Assembly (NCBI GenBank): GCA_963726455.1
Contig: CAVSCK010000004.1
Location: 1,312,001-1,376,000 of the forward strand
DNA from: an uncultured bacterium
GTDB lineage: Bacteria; Zixibacteria; MSB-5A5; CAIYYT01
Direction of reading: 5' to 3'
Length of the DNA: 64,000 nt
In this document: positions 19,823-29,918 of the stretch, piece after piece
Position numbering within the stretch: position 1 is the first letter of the stretch
Layout: each line of letters opens with the position of its first letter
Program-made: the position numbers and the translations under genes
Notes under the pieces: model-generated
The model's input: only the letters and a program-made list of their open reading frames with translations
What the model was told of the DNA's origin: nothing
Database searches by the model: none

Positions 19823-21259
19823 CTAACCGACGCTGTCGTAGTCACTCGGCTTGATATTCTGGTTGTGATGGAACAGATTGGTCGGATCATACTTGTCCTT
19901 CAGTTCCACCAGTCGACTGTAATTCGCTCCGTAAGTGGCGACCACTCGTTCATCCCCTTCCTCCATGAGGAAGTTGACATAGGCGCCGCCGGCCGAATGT
20001 GGCCTCAACGCATTCCAGTATTCGCGCACCCAGGCCATATTCTTCTGCGTATCTTCCGGATTCGTGTACATTGCCGGAATCACATGTACAAAGTTGGCCT
20101 TTCTGAATGCGTAGGCCGTCTCGCCGCTGCCCAACTTTTGAGGAGCACCGTTGACCGGGTAGATGTGCATCGTTGATTGCACGGTCGGCACCTTGGGACC
20201 ATAGCGCACGTGGATGTCGATCATGGCATCGGTGATTTCGTTGACGTAGTCCGCTTTCCAGTAATGCTGCAACCCCGGAGGCAGCAGCGGATCGAACAGA
20301 CTTTGCAGCGCCGGAAATGGAAGCGGCCCCACCAGATCCAGGGCCGGTGGACTGAAGCTGCGAATCGGAGCAATAACTTTCTCCCCTTGGTCGACTGGCC
20401 CGCAATAGCACAGAACCAGCGCGCACATGGTCACGCCCTGCAATTGCTTGGGGATAAACGGCGCTTCGGGCCCGATTTGAAAGGCAAAGAAGGCATTAAG
20501 CTCCGGCGGCGCAGTTTTAATGAAGTCGCGGAAGAACCTCAACACATCGCCCGTCTTTTCAATCGGATAAAAGATCGGCCCACCGAGCACTGTCTTTACC
20601 GGATGGGCCTTAAACTGAAATGACGTCACGACGCCGAAGTTGCCTCCTCCCCCTCGCAGTCCCCAGTACAAATCTTCATTTTCGTGGGCGTTGCAGGTCA
20701 GGATGCGACCATCGGCGGTTACGACATCCGCGGACAGTATGTTGTCGCAGGTCAAGCCATACTTGCGCGTGAGATGGCCGATTCCGCCACCGAGAGATAA
20801 CCCACCGACGCCGGTAGTCGAGATAATGCCGCCGGGCACGGCGAGCCCGTACGGGTGAGTCGCGTGGTCTACGTCCCCAAAAGTGCAGCCGCCTTGTGCC
20901 CACACCGTCTGCGTGGCGGGATCGACACGGGTGCCTTTCATCAGCGAGAGGTCAATGACCAGGCCGTCGTCGCAGACGCTGAAACCGGCAACGTTATGCC
21001 CGCCACCTCTGACTGCCAATTCCAGGTCGTGCTCTTTGGCGAACAAGACACAGGTGACGACATCCGCAGTATCGACACAGCGCGCGATGATGCGTGGCCG
21101 CTTATCGATCATGCCGTTGTAAACCTTGCGCGCTTCGTCATAAGCGGCATCGGAAGGTTCAATCACTTCACCCCTGATGGTTGATCTGAAGGATCGAATC
21201 GTGACAGCGTCCAACTCGGACACTCGATTCTGTACCTTAGTGTGGTGTTGTACCGCCAT
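19823..21259 (-). CDS. FAD-linked oxidoreductase (berberine-bridge-enzyme-like, VAO/PCMH family)
   Basis: VRGGGHN, LRGGGGNFGVVT, AYVNF, KDKYDPTNLFHHNQNI. Confidence 0.92.
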   Translation of the reverse strand: MAVQHHTKVQNRVSELDAVTIRSFRSTIRGEVIEPSDAAYDEARKVYNGMIDKRPRIIARCVDTADVVTCVLFAKEHDLELAVRGGGHNVAGFSVCDDGLVIDLSLMKGTRVDPATQTVWAQGGCTFGDVDHATHPYGLAVPGGIISTTGVGGLSLGGGIGHLTRKYGLTCDNILSADVVTADGRILTCNAHENEDLYWGLRGGGGNFGVVTSFQFKAHPVKTVLGGPIFYPIEKTGDVLRFFRDFIKTAPPELNAFFAFQIGPEAPFIPKQLQGVTMCALVLCYCGPVDQGEKVIAPIRSFSPPALDLVGPLPFPALQSLFDPLLPPGLQHYWKADYVNEITDAMIDIHVRYGPKVPTVQSTMHIYPVNGAPQKLGSGETAYAFRKANFVHVIPAMYTNPEDTQKNMAWVREYWNALRPHSAGGAYVNFLMEEGDERVVATYGANYSRLVELKDKYDPTNLFHHNQNIKPSDYDSVG

Positions 21260-21517
21260 GTCCCTTCTCCTCTAAGAAGTTTATGTGAATCTAATCGGAA
21301 GTCGCCCCAGTGCGTCTTCTGACGTCCTTATACATTGTGATATACGACAAAACCAGCCGCGTATTGGTGGCTTCCCCTCATCTATCGGAGAAACTTGATT
21401 CCGCTTCTGAATTCCTATCCCGGTCTGTGGCGAAATGCAGCGCTTGGTTTTTCAAACTTGACCCGCCCCCTCAATCGTCTATATTCAGGCCACATTCATA
21501 AGACGAGGAGGGACAAA

Positions 21518-22018
21518 ATGAGGCACACGCGTACACTTTCGATGTCGGTCATTCTGCTGCTTGTCGGAACGGTTACATTCGCCCAGGAAAAACCCTGGTT
21601 TGACTCAGTGAATTGCGCCTTCTGCAAGCTGTTTGCCGCTCAGCCGGGCTTGCTGGACCACATGACCACCGAATATCACAACATCTCGGACGGACTGGTT
21701 TCCGTCACTCATATCGATAAGGGCTACGAGGATGGCTTCAAGAAGGCACAGGCAGGGATCGGCAACGTCCTTAGGGAAATGCAAACCACCGGCAAGATGC
21801 CTTATAGCTGCCCTCACTGCACCATGATCGGCGAATTCCAGATGTCGGGGGTCAGGATGGAGGCAGTCAACAGCGACTATGGCATCATCAACCTTTATAC
21901 CTCGTCGGATACCGCGATGGTAGCCAAGATACAGGATTTCGGAAAACGATCAGCAGAGGCGCAGGCCAAGGCCAAAGAATCCAAGAAAGCGCCGGTTCAG
22001 GATCCCAAGAACGAGTAG
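21518..22018 (+). CDS. Exported hypothetical protein with two CxxC motifs
   Basis: RBS GAGGAGG; signal peptide; CAFC and CPHC. Confidence 0.7.
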   Translation: MRHTRTLSMSVILLLVGTVTFAQEKPWFDSVNCAFCKLFAAQPGLLDHMTTEYHNISDGLVSVTHIDKGYEDGFKKAQAGIGNVLREMQTTGKMPYSCPHCTMIGEFQMSGVRMEAVNSDYGIINLYTSSDTAMVAKIQDFGKRSAEAQAKAKESKKAPVQDPKNE

Positions 22019-22060
22019 GGCGGATTCCCATAGACAGGTATTCATGAGTTCGGTCCGGAT

Positions 22061-22474
22061 ATGAGACTAAGATACTTCTGGAAATTCGAGCACCGCAAGC
22101 AGCCGTTGCTGCCGAGGCGCGTATTCGTCCGTCGGCTGTTCTATGCCGCCGCTCTGAGCGCCGTACTGCTTGCAATCTGGACGGTGGTCGGCATGGTTGG
22201 GTACCACGTCCTCGGGGATCTCGGCTGGGTCGATTCCTTCCTGAATTCCGCGATGATAGTCGGCGGGATGGGGCCAGTCGATGTCCTCAAGACCGATAAC
22301 GCCAAGGTCTTCGCCGGGCTCTACGCCATCCTTTCGGGCGTCATATTCCTCAGCGTGTTCGGCCTGCTATTCGTTCCGGTGTTTCACCGTTTCTTACACC
22401 GCTTCCATCTCGATGCCGACGAACAGGCGCTCGCCGAACGGCCGGAATCAGGACCCAAAACGCCGGTCGAATAA
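22061..22474 (+). CDS. Small membrane protein with a KcsA-like TM-pore-TM layout
   Basis: TM helix, WVDSFLNSAMIVGGMGP pore-helix-like segment, second TM helix. Confidence 0.6.
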   Translation: MRLRYFWKFEHRKQPLLPRRVFVRRLFYAAALSAVLLAIWTVVGMVGYHVLGDLGWVDSFLNSAMIVGGMGPVDVLKTDNAKVFAGLYAILSGVIFLSVFGLLFVPVFHRFLHRFHLDADEQALAERPESGPKTPVE

Positions 22475-22598
22475 GCACTTTGGATCGGAGACGATTTCTC
22501 TGAGGTTATGAATCACATTTAGAGGTCGCGGCCGCAACTGTCCGTGATCGATTCCGTATCAGTAGGTAACTGCGTTATGGAGCGAGTAGGTAGACGTT

Positions 22599-23624
22599 AT
22601 GACAGTATCCGATCTTGAGCATTTCCGCAATTTGCTGGAAGAACGGCGACATACGATTCTTGAGTGGATGGACACCGGCACTCCGGCAGCTGACAGGGAT
22701 CTTGAACACGCCCAGGCGCTCCTGTCTCAGATTAAGGAAGCGCTGGGACGAATCGACACTGAGACTTTCGGCCACTGCGTTGTCTGCCAGGGCGAAGTGG
22801 AATTGCATCGCCTGGAGGTTCAGCCCGTGAACCAGGTGTGCCTCAGCTGCATCACCAAACAGGAGCAGGCGCAACTGGAGAACGACCTGTTTCTTGCCAG
22901 CAAGATTCATCGTGCACTGTTGCCGCAGGCGATCAGCCCGATTGAGGGTTTCGAAGTCGCGGTCCGGTCACAGGCGGCCCGTTTTGTCGGTGGCGACTAT
23001 TTCGATTTCCTGCCGGGCGGTGATCGAGGCGCCGTGCGAATCGTGATTGGCGACGTGATGGGAAAGGGTATCTCCGCCGGGCTTATGATGTCCAACATTC
23101 AGGGCGCGCTGAGAATTCTGGCTGAGGGCATTACGTCTCCCAGCCGACTGATCGCGCAATTGAATCACTGGCTCTGCCGCAACATACCGGTGACCAAGTT
23201 CGTGTCGCTGGTCTGCGTGGCAGTCGAGCCACAGAACGGTCAAAACGCCCGGCTGACTTACACGAATGCCGGACACTGTCCGCCGCTGTTGGTGCGCGCC
23301 AATGGTACCGTTGAATCACTGGAACCAACGGGTGGCGTTCTCGGAGTGCATGAGGACTTCAAATACGAAGAATGTGTTCGCGAGGTCCAGCCCGATGATC
23401 TGCTGATGCTCTATACCGACGGAATCACGGAGGTCGAAAATCAGGCCGGTGATATGTTCGACGAACATCGGCTAAGCAAATTCGTGTGCGAAAACCGCAT
23501 GCACCCGCTCGACACGATGTTCGACAAGCTCTGGGTTGAACTCAAGAACTTCGGAACGCTCAACGATCCTTCCGATGATCAGACTGTAGTCGCGCTGCGC
23601 AGACGGGCAGTCGCGAAATCGTAG
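22599..23624 (+). CDS. SpoIIE/RsbU-type PP2C phosphatase with an N-terminal DksA/TraR C4 zinc finger
   Basis: ALGRIDTETFGHCVVC...RLEVQP...CLSC; VGGDYFD, GDVMGKG, NAGH, YTDGITE, DDQT. Confidence 0.9.
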   Translation: MTVSDLEHFRNLLEERRHTILEWMDTGTPAADRDLEHAQALLSQIKEALGRIDTETFGHCVVCQGEVELHRLEVQPVNQVCLSCITKQEQAQLENDLFLASKIHRALLPQAISPIEGFEVAVRSQAARFVGGDYFDFLPGGDRGAVRIVIGDVMGKGISAGLMMSNIQGALRILAEGITSPSRLIAQLNHWLCRNIPVTKFVSLVCVAVEPQNGQNARLTYTNAGHCPPLLVRANGTVESLEPTGGVLGVHEDFKYEECVREVQPDDLLMLYTDGITEVENQAGDMFDEHRLSKFVCENRMHPLDTMFDKLWVELKNFGTLNDPSDDQTVVALRRRAVAKS

Positions 23625-23637
23625 CCGCCGTTTTTCA

Positions 23638-24585
23638 TCAGGTGCTGCGTACGCCTCTCGTTCTTGCCACTGCCTCACGAAACCAGGAGTAGCACTTGGA
23701 AGGATCTGGGGACTTCTCAAAATCCGCATCATCCACAAACATCATTTCGTGGCGGAACATGACAACATCGTCCAGCGAGGCCGGTCGTCTATCGGGCGGA
23801 TACTGTCTCTGCATAAAGAACGGATAGTTGTAAGTCTCGGGCAGTTCAATCATTTCCTCGTGACGCAACATTGTCAAGACAGCTCCCACCAGTGCGGTCT
23901 GATGCAGGAAAATTCCGATCAACGGATGCGCGTCACACCAATCTGCAAACACTGAATCCGAGTACAGGACGGCGAAACTCTCAGGCCATTTGCGGAGAAT
24001 GCCCATTTCCGGACGAACAACAAGCATTCCGGCATTAAAGTAAGCGCGTAGTTTTTCCCGGTCAACCGGCGTTGTTATCGGAAACACTTTCTCCTCTGCC
24101 ACTCCCAACCTGTTATAGACGCGTGACCAGAATTCATCAGGCGGTTCGCTAAAACGTGAGCCGATCAGCATGTGCATAACCGGCCGATAGCCAAAACTGA
24201 TGTTGTCGGGAAGCAGAAAATCGCGCGGCTCTTTTACGAATACGACATCGTTATCCAACCAGACCAACAGCGGGAATTTGCAGACCGCGTCCGCTTCCGC
24301 CAACGCGGCGGCAAAGACTTTGCCTGCAAATGGAAATGGGCTCGCGTCCCGGGGAAAACAACTTCGTTTGAAAGTAATGCCGTATTGTTCATCGACCGGC
24401 TTACACGCCTCAACACTTTCGGAAATTCTGTCAGGATGATAACACCACACCGGCGCATTCTTCAAACACCCGCCGAAAGCGCGCAGACTTTCCACCATGA
24501 TGCGAATCCAACGGAGTGAATCCTCATTGGCGGCGTAGGTGCCGAATACAATGCGCCTGTTCTCGCTATCGCCTGAACCTACCAT
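23638..24585 (-). CDS. Hypothetical protein, GT-A fold (GT8-like) glycosyltransferase candidate
   Basis: WLDNDVVF (DxD), YFNAGMLV, HQTAL, YNYP. Confidence 0.55.
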   Translation of the reverse strand: MVGSGDSENRRIVFGTYAANEDSLRWIRIMVESLRAFGGCLKNAPVWCYHPDRISESVEACKPVDEQYGITFKRSCFPRDASPFPFAGKVFAAALAEADAVCKFPLLVWLDNDVVFVKEPRDFLLPDNISFGYRPVMHMLIGSRFSEPPDEFWSRVYNRLGVAEEKVFPITTPVDREKLRAYFNAGMLVVRPEMGILRKWPESFAVLYSDSVFADWCDAHPLIGIFLHQTALVGAVLTMLRHEEMIELPETYNYPFFMQRQYPPDRRPASLDDVVMFRHEMMFVDDADFEKSPDPSKCYSWFREAVARTRGVRST

Positions 24586-25202
24586 GTGCGAAGCTGGTCC
24601 TTATCGCTCTGCAGTTATCGCTTGTCCTTCCCTATGCCAAAGCCCGTCGAAATTCGGTAAACGTAAGTAAGACCGACAGACACGACTCCAAGCGGCCGAT
24701 GTCTCGACCGTGATCAACCCTTTGAATTCATGCCTCAACGCCCACACTGGATTCAGGCGCTGTTGTTGCGAGATGCACGCCGTGGGCCGGCGCAAAGTGC
24801 GTCTGCGTCGCTGCCGGTGACGCCGAATCACGGTGACATTTGAGTTGTGGGTAAATGACCGTGATTCGCCCTGTCCACTAAAGTACTATCAGACACTTGA
24901 TCTGATTTTGCGAGTCTGCCTCCTGATTTCAGGGACGCTCGGAGGGTGGTTTTTGTTAAATCGAAAAAGGCGGAAAAACGACTGCAGGGAAAAGTCGCCG
25001 TAACATTGACACACACCTCTCAATTCGCGAAACTTTTTCGCGATTTTTGCGTATTCGAAATTACGGACAACAGGGGGATGCGACAAGCGCGCTTGTTTCT
25101 TCCATACGCGATACTGATCGGCGCCAGTGCCGGTCATGATCGACTTAGGTACTCTTTGCCGCCTTATTGTAGTCAGGGCGGCAGACAGGGAGGAAATGAT
25201 AT

Positions 25203-27482
25203 ATGCGCGCTTGCTTTAGCAGCCGTACGGCCTGTTTCTTGTTTGTTTTCGCAGTCGGAATAGTCATTGTATGTTTCACTGCGGTTGCGACCTCAGCCCC
25301 ACGACCGATTTTCAAACCCACGTTGGCAATCACCAGCACCGCTTCGGCGCCAAATATCGACGGGCAGCTTAACGACCCTTGTTGGCAGACGGCAACTCGC
25401 ACTGACAATTTCGTCGAGAGAAATCCCGGCGACAACCTTGTTCCCGACGTGCCCACGCAGGTCTATTCGACTTATGACAGCCGCAATCTGTATGTCGCCT
25501 TCGTTTGCCACGACAATCCGGCGACCATACGTGCGACCATGAGCCAGCGCGACCAGTACCAGGGCGACGATGCCGTATTCGTGCTAATCGACCCGTATGC
25601 CAGCGCCTCCTGGGCTTACGAACTGGCAGTCAATGCCTACGGTATCCAGAAGGATTTGCTGTGGACTCCTATTGTCGGCGAGGATGCGACCTATGATCTG
25701 ATTTGGGAGTCGGCGGCCGTGGTCACCGACTCCGGCTATCAGGTTGAGATCGCGGTGCCCTTTGCAACCTTGCGCTTTCCCAACAGTGACACTCAGAACT
25801 GGAGAGTCGATTTCTGGCGCGTGCGCCCCCGCGAGAACTATAAACAATACTCCTGGGCAGCCAATGACCGCAACGAGCAGTGTTTCCCCTGCCAGTTCGG
25901 AACACTGACCGGCATCACAGGCGTTCATCCCGGCCAGGGTTTGCAAATCATGCCGACTTTCGTGGCCCACCAAACGGGACAAATCACCGACCAGCAGAAT
26001 CCGCGCTCGGCTTTCAGGAACGGTGACCCGAGCGGCGAATTGTCGCTGGGCGGCAAGTACGCGGTTAACTCGGACGTCACAATTGAGGGCGCGCTCAATC
26101 CCGACTTCAGTCAGATCGAGGCCGACGCCGCTCAAATCGATGTCAATTCCACAATCTCACTGATGTATCCTGAGCGGCGACCCTTCTTCCAGGAGGGCAG
26201 CGACATCTTTCGAACGCTCTTCAATTCCTTCTATACGCGCACTATCAACGACCCGCAATTCGCCACCAAGTTGACCGGCAGAATGGGAAAGACGAGCATC
26301 GGATTCCTCGGTGCGCGCGACCTGAACACGCCTTACATGATTCCACTCGATGAAGCCAGTGTTTTGCTCAACACGGGAAAAAGCACTGCGAATATCGTGC
26401 GGGCGTCGCGAGCATTCGGCAGCGATTCGCGCCTCGGCGTGCTCTTCTCCGACCGGCGTTTCGAACACGGCGGTTCCGGATCGGTTGCTGCCCTTGACGG
26501 CGACATTCGTCTGTCAAAGAATTACAGTATCGACGGCCAGTATATTCTGACCCACACCGCCGAGCCGAACGACAGCGCAGCAACCGCCGGATTCCAGGGC
26601 TTTACCTTCGACGACAGCAAACATACCATCGCCTTTGACGGCGAAAAATATTACGGTACCGCGATCATCACCCGGCTCAAACGTGAAGCACGCAGTTGGG
26701 GATTTGTAATCGATTATAATCAGGTGAATCCCTCGTACCGCACCGAGATCGGTTACGACCCGCTGATGAACTACCGCAATCTTTCGCTGGCGACATACTA
26801 CACCGTGTATCCCAAGACCGGAATCTTCGACCGGATCACGCCGCAGTTTTACAGCGCGCAGCGTTGGCGCTTTAATGGTGAGCGGCGAAGTCAGAATCTC
26901 AATGCCGGCATCGAAGGCCAGATGAAGATTGCGCAGACTTACGTGGGAGCCAATTTCAGCCGCAACGTTGAACTGTTCCGAGGCACTGAGTTTCGAGATC
27001 TGTGGCAGCTCAATTTCAATTGGAACAGCCGCCTGAGCAACAAGATCGGACTGGGCGCGAATATCGAGAGGGGCGTGGGCATCGCCCGATTCGCCATGAC
27101 CAAAGGCAACCAGCTTTCCTACAGCGCTTTTGTCGATCTTAAACCGATCGACCGACTGATCATTCAGCCGAATATTGCTTTTGCACGCAGCCGGGATCTC
27201 GTCACCGATCAAGAGTACTATAGCGGTTATATCACCAGAACCAGGATACTGTACCAAGCCAGTCGCCAACTGTCGTTTCGAATGGTGGTGCAGTATGATG
27301 ACTTCAGCCGCGCCTGGGAAATTGACCCCTTGATGACCTATCGCCTGAGCCCGTTCTCGGTGTTCTACCTCGGTTCGTCCAGTGACTATTCCAATATACC
27401 GGCCGCCGGAAGTTCGCCGTCGGAGTGGCGGTTGGCGTCAAGGCAGTTCTTCCTGAAGTTGCAGTACTTGTTCCAGACGTAG
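25203..27482 (+). CDS. CBM9-like plus DUF5916 outer-membrane protein
   Basis: Signal peptide; IDGQLNDPCW, EIAVPFATLRF, NPDFSQIEAD, PERRPFFQEG; barrel-type end FFLKLQYLF. Confidence 0.85.
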   Translation: MRACFSSRTACFLFVFAVGIVIVCFTAVATSAPRPIFKPTLAITSTASAPNIDGQLNDPCWQTATRTDNFVERNPGDNLVPDVPTQVYSTYDSRNLYVAFVCHDNPATIRATMSQRDQYQGDDAVFVLIDPYASASWAYELAVNAYGIQKDLLWTPIVGEDATYDLIWESAAVVTDSGYQVEIAVPFATLRFPNSDTQNWRVDFWRVRPRENYKQYSWAANDRNEQCFPCQFGTLTGITGVHPGQGLQIMPTFVAHQTGQITDQQNPRSAFRNGDPSGELSLGGKYAVNSDVTIEGALNPDFSQIEADAAQIDVNSTISLMYPERRPFFQEGSDIFRTLFNSFYTRTINDPQFATKLTGRMGKTSIGFLGARDLNTPYMIPLDEASVLLNTGKSTANIVRASRAFGSDSRLGVLFSDRRFEHGGSGSVAALDGDIRLSKNYSIDGQYILTHTAEPNDSAATAGFQGFTFDDSKHTIAFDGEKYYGTAIITRLKREARSWGFVIDYNQVNPSYRTEIGYDPLMNYRNLSLATYYTVYPKTGIFDRITPQFYSAQRWRFNGERRSQNLNAGIEGQMKIAQTYVGANFSRNVELFRGTEFRDLWQLNFNWNSRLSNKIGLGANIERGVGIARFAMTKGNQLSYSAFVDLKPIDRLIIQPNIAFARSRDLVTDQEYYSGYITRTRILYQASRQLSFRMVVQYDDFSRAWEIDPLMTYRLSPFSVFYLGSSSDYSNIPAAGSSPSEWRLASRQFFLKLQYLFQT

Positions 27483-27575
27483 TCACGTCCATAGCGAAGC
27501 GGATATCCCTCTTTGCTCTTCTCGCACCGATGTATATATTGGCATCCAGGTACTTTGTAGAAAGTGAGTGTCTGG

Positions 27576-27896
27576 ATGCCATATATCGATGCCGACGGTA
27601 AGCAACTTGAACTGAACGAAGAAGGTTTTCTCACCGACCCACAACAGTGGAGCAAACAAATCGCGTCCGTGCTGGCGAAATCTCAGGAAGGCCTTGAGAA
27701 CTTGAGCGAAGAGCACTGGGCGGTTGTCAATTTCATACGCGAACATTACGAGCAGACCAAACTGGCGCCGATGGTGCGGGCGATCTGCAAATCCACCGGC
27801 CTGCCACTGAAACGCATCTATGAGCTGTTCCCCTCCGGTCCCGCCAAGGGCGCCTGCAAAATTGCGGGTCTGCCCAAACCGGACGGCTGCGTCTAG
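27576..27896 (+). CDS. dsrC: TusE/DsrC/DsvC-family sulfur relay protein with both C-terminal Cys
   Basis: EEGFL, EHWAVVNFIR, LFPSGPAKGACKIAGLPKPDGCV. Confidence 0.9.
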   Translation: MPYIDADGKQLELNEEGFLTDPQQWSKQIASVLAKSQEGLENLSEEHWAVVNFIREHYEQTKLAPMVRAICKSTGLPLKRIYELFPSGPAKGACKIAGLPKPDGCV

Positions 27897-27904
27897 GGCA
27901 CACA

Positions 27905-28546
27905 ATGTTCCAGCCGCCATTTTTGCGACTCGCCGTCCTGGCTGCCGCGTTATATGGTCTTATTGCACTCATCTATCTGGTTGCGCACGCTTACTCATTC
28001 GGGAAGCGCAGGCAATTCGCGATAGCCAGCGGCAGTCCGTTTAAGGGTATCATCTACGCCTTCGGACAAGGCATGCTGCCGTGGGAAAAAGAAAGCGCAT
28101 CCAAACATCTGCCAACATTCTTCGCCGGAATCTTCTACCACCTGGGCATCTTCACGGCGCTTCTATTCCTGGCAGCTATCGTGTTTGCGTACACATTGCC
28201 CGATTTCGCAGTGGCGTTTGGCCGAGTATCGCTCGTCGCCGGACTATTATGCGGCATCGGCTTGTTGATCAAGAGAATGTCACTCCCCTACATGAGGATC
28301 ATCAGTTGTCCCGATGATTACATATCCAATATTCTCGTGGGATTGTTTCTTCTCGCTACGTTTTCAGCTTCGTACCTGCCGACAATTCAGACAATCGCAA
28401 TGATAGCCGCCGTCCTGCTGTTCCTGTACATTCCTGCGGGCAAGATTCGTCACTGTTTCTTCTTCTTCTATACACGCGTTCTCTTCGGGCAGTTCTTTGG
28501 GGGTCGCGGAGTTCTTCCGCACCCGAAAGTGAAAGTACAACGATGA
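27905..28546 (+). CDS. NarI/DsrM/HdrE-like membrane cytochrome b subunit
   Basis: About five TM helices; IFYHLG, IKR, ISCPDDY, PAGKIRH. Confidence 0.75.
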   Translation: MFQPPFLRLAVLAAALYGLIALIYLVAHAYSFGKRRQFAIASGSPFKGIIYAFGQGMLPWEKESASKHLPTFFAGIFYHLGIFTALLFLAAIVFAYTLPDFAVAFGRVSLVAGLLCGIGLLIKRMSLPYMRIISCPDDYISNILVGLFLLATFSASYLPTIQTIAMIAAVLLFLYIPAGKIRHCFFFFYTRVLFGQFFGGRGVLPHPKVKVQR

Positions 28547-29889
28547 ACCAGAGTCAGCGGAGCGGTACGTTCGAAGAGCTCATTAGAAGCGCAAGCATTT
28601 CAGAATTGGAGCGAATCCGTGCTGCCTTCCGTGCCGAGATCGGCTCCAGTTACGCGGCCCAACTCAATTCCTGCGTGCATTGCGGACTATGCTCTGACAC
28701 CTGTCACTACTATCTCGCAAGCGGTGAGCTGGAAGCATTGCCCGCTTACAAACTGAATCTCGTCTCAGCTATCTTCAAGAAATATCACACTCTCGTCGGG
28801 AAATCAATTCCGCAGCTTTCCGGCGCACAACAGTTGGACGCCGCCATGCTTGACCGCTGGATTGATTCGTTGTTTGGCCGCTGCTCACTTTGCGGCAGAT
28901 GTTCCCTGAACTGCACGGTAGGTATCAACATCTCACGCTTGATTCGCCTTGCCCGTACGGCGTTGGCGGCTGCGAATTTCGTTCCGCCCGAGCTGCAGTC
29001 GACAGTTGACACGGCGATCGAGACCGGCAACAATATGGGAATCCCTCGCGAGGAATGGATTGACACTCTGAAATGGCTCGACGAAGAGTTACAACAGGAA
29101 GTCGGGGATTCCGCCGCGCAACTCCCGGTCGACAAGCCAGACGTGCGACTATTCTACACTGTCAATCCCCGCGAACCGAAGTTCTTCCCCCTGTCTCTGC
29201 TGGCAACAGCGAAAATCTTCTATGCCGCCGGTGAGAGTTGGACCTTCGCTAGTGACTATTATGACGTCACCAACTACGGCTTGTTCTCGGGCGACAACCA
29301 GGCATCCGCTCAGATTTCGTCGCGTCTGAGAGAGTCGATGACAAAACTGGACGCCAAAACCCTCGTGCTTGGTGAATGCGGGCACGGGTATGCCGCCAAT
29401 CGCTGGGAAGCTCCGCAGTGGTTGGGGAAGCCGGACGGCTTCGATGTCGTCAGCATTATTCAGGTGATTGCTGATTACCTCAACGCCGGGCGCATTCGTC
29501 TCGATCCTTCGCGAATTCAGAAGCGTGTAACATTGCACGACCCCTGCAACCTGGTGCGAATGGGCGGCGTAATCGAGGAACAGCGGCTCATTCTCAGGAT
29601 GGCAGTCAGCGATTTCGTGGAGATGTATCCAAACCGCGAGCAGAACTATTGCTGCGGCGGTGGCGGTGGACAATTATCGATGACGCGGTACGCCAAACGA
29701 CGCCTCGAAGCGGGCCGAATCAAAGCCGAGCAAATCCGCAAGACCGGAGCACAGATCGTTGTCGCTCCCTGCCACAACTGCATTGACCAACTCGGCGAAC
29801 TCAATCGCGAATACAAATTGGGTGTTGAGATCAAGACAATTTCGGAAGTTGTCGCCGATGCACTGGTGCTGGAGCCGAAGAAAAGCTAA
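28543..29889 (+). CDS. HdrD/DsrK/HmcF-like Fe-S oxidoreductase with CCG domain
   Basis: Two CxxCxxCxxxC motifs; ECGH, HDPC, CCGGGGG, PCHNC. ATGA overlap with the upstream gene. Confidence 0.9.
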   Translation: MNQSQRSGTFEELIRSASISELERIRAAFRAEIGSSYAAQLNSCVHCGLCSDTCHYYLASGELEALPAYKLNLVSAIFKKYHTLVGKSIPQLSGAQQLDAAMLDRWIDSLFGRCSLCGRCSLNCTVGINISRLIRLARTALAAANFVPPELQSTVDTAIETGNNMGIPREEWIDTLKWLDEELQQEVGDSAAQLPVDKPDVRLFYTVNPREPKFFPLSLLATAKIFYAAGESWTFASDYYDVTNYGLFSGDNQASAQISSRLRESMTKLDAKTLVLGECGHGYAANRWEAPQWLGKPDGFDVVSIIQVIADYLNAGRIRLDPSRIQKRVTLHDPCNLVRMGGVIEEQRLILRMAVSDFVEMYPNREQNYCCGGGGGQLSMTRYAKRRLEAGRIKAEQIRKTGAQIVVAPCHNCIDQLGELNREYKLGVEIKTISEVVADALVLEPKKS

Positions 29890-29918
29890 TCGAAAATAAG
29901 TAGTAATGACGGGGCGGC

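Noticed and set aside
27576-29889. Evidence that the organism is a dissimilatory sulfate reducer
   Set aside because: No dsrAB, dsrD, apr or sat in the window; these three genes alone do not establish it.
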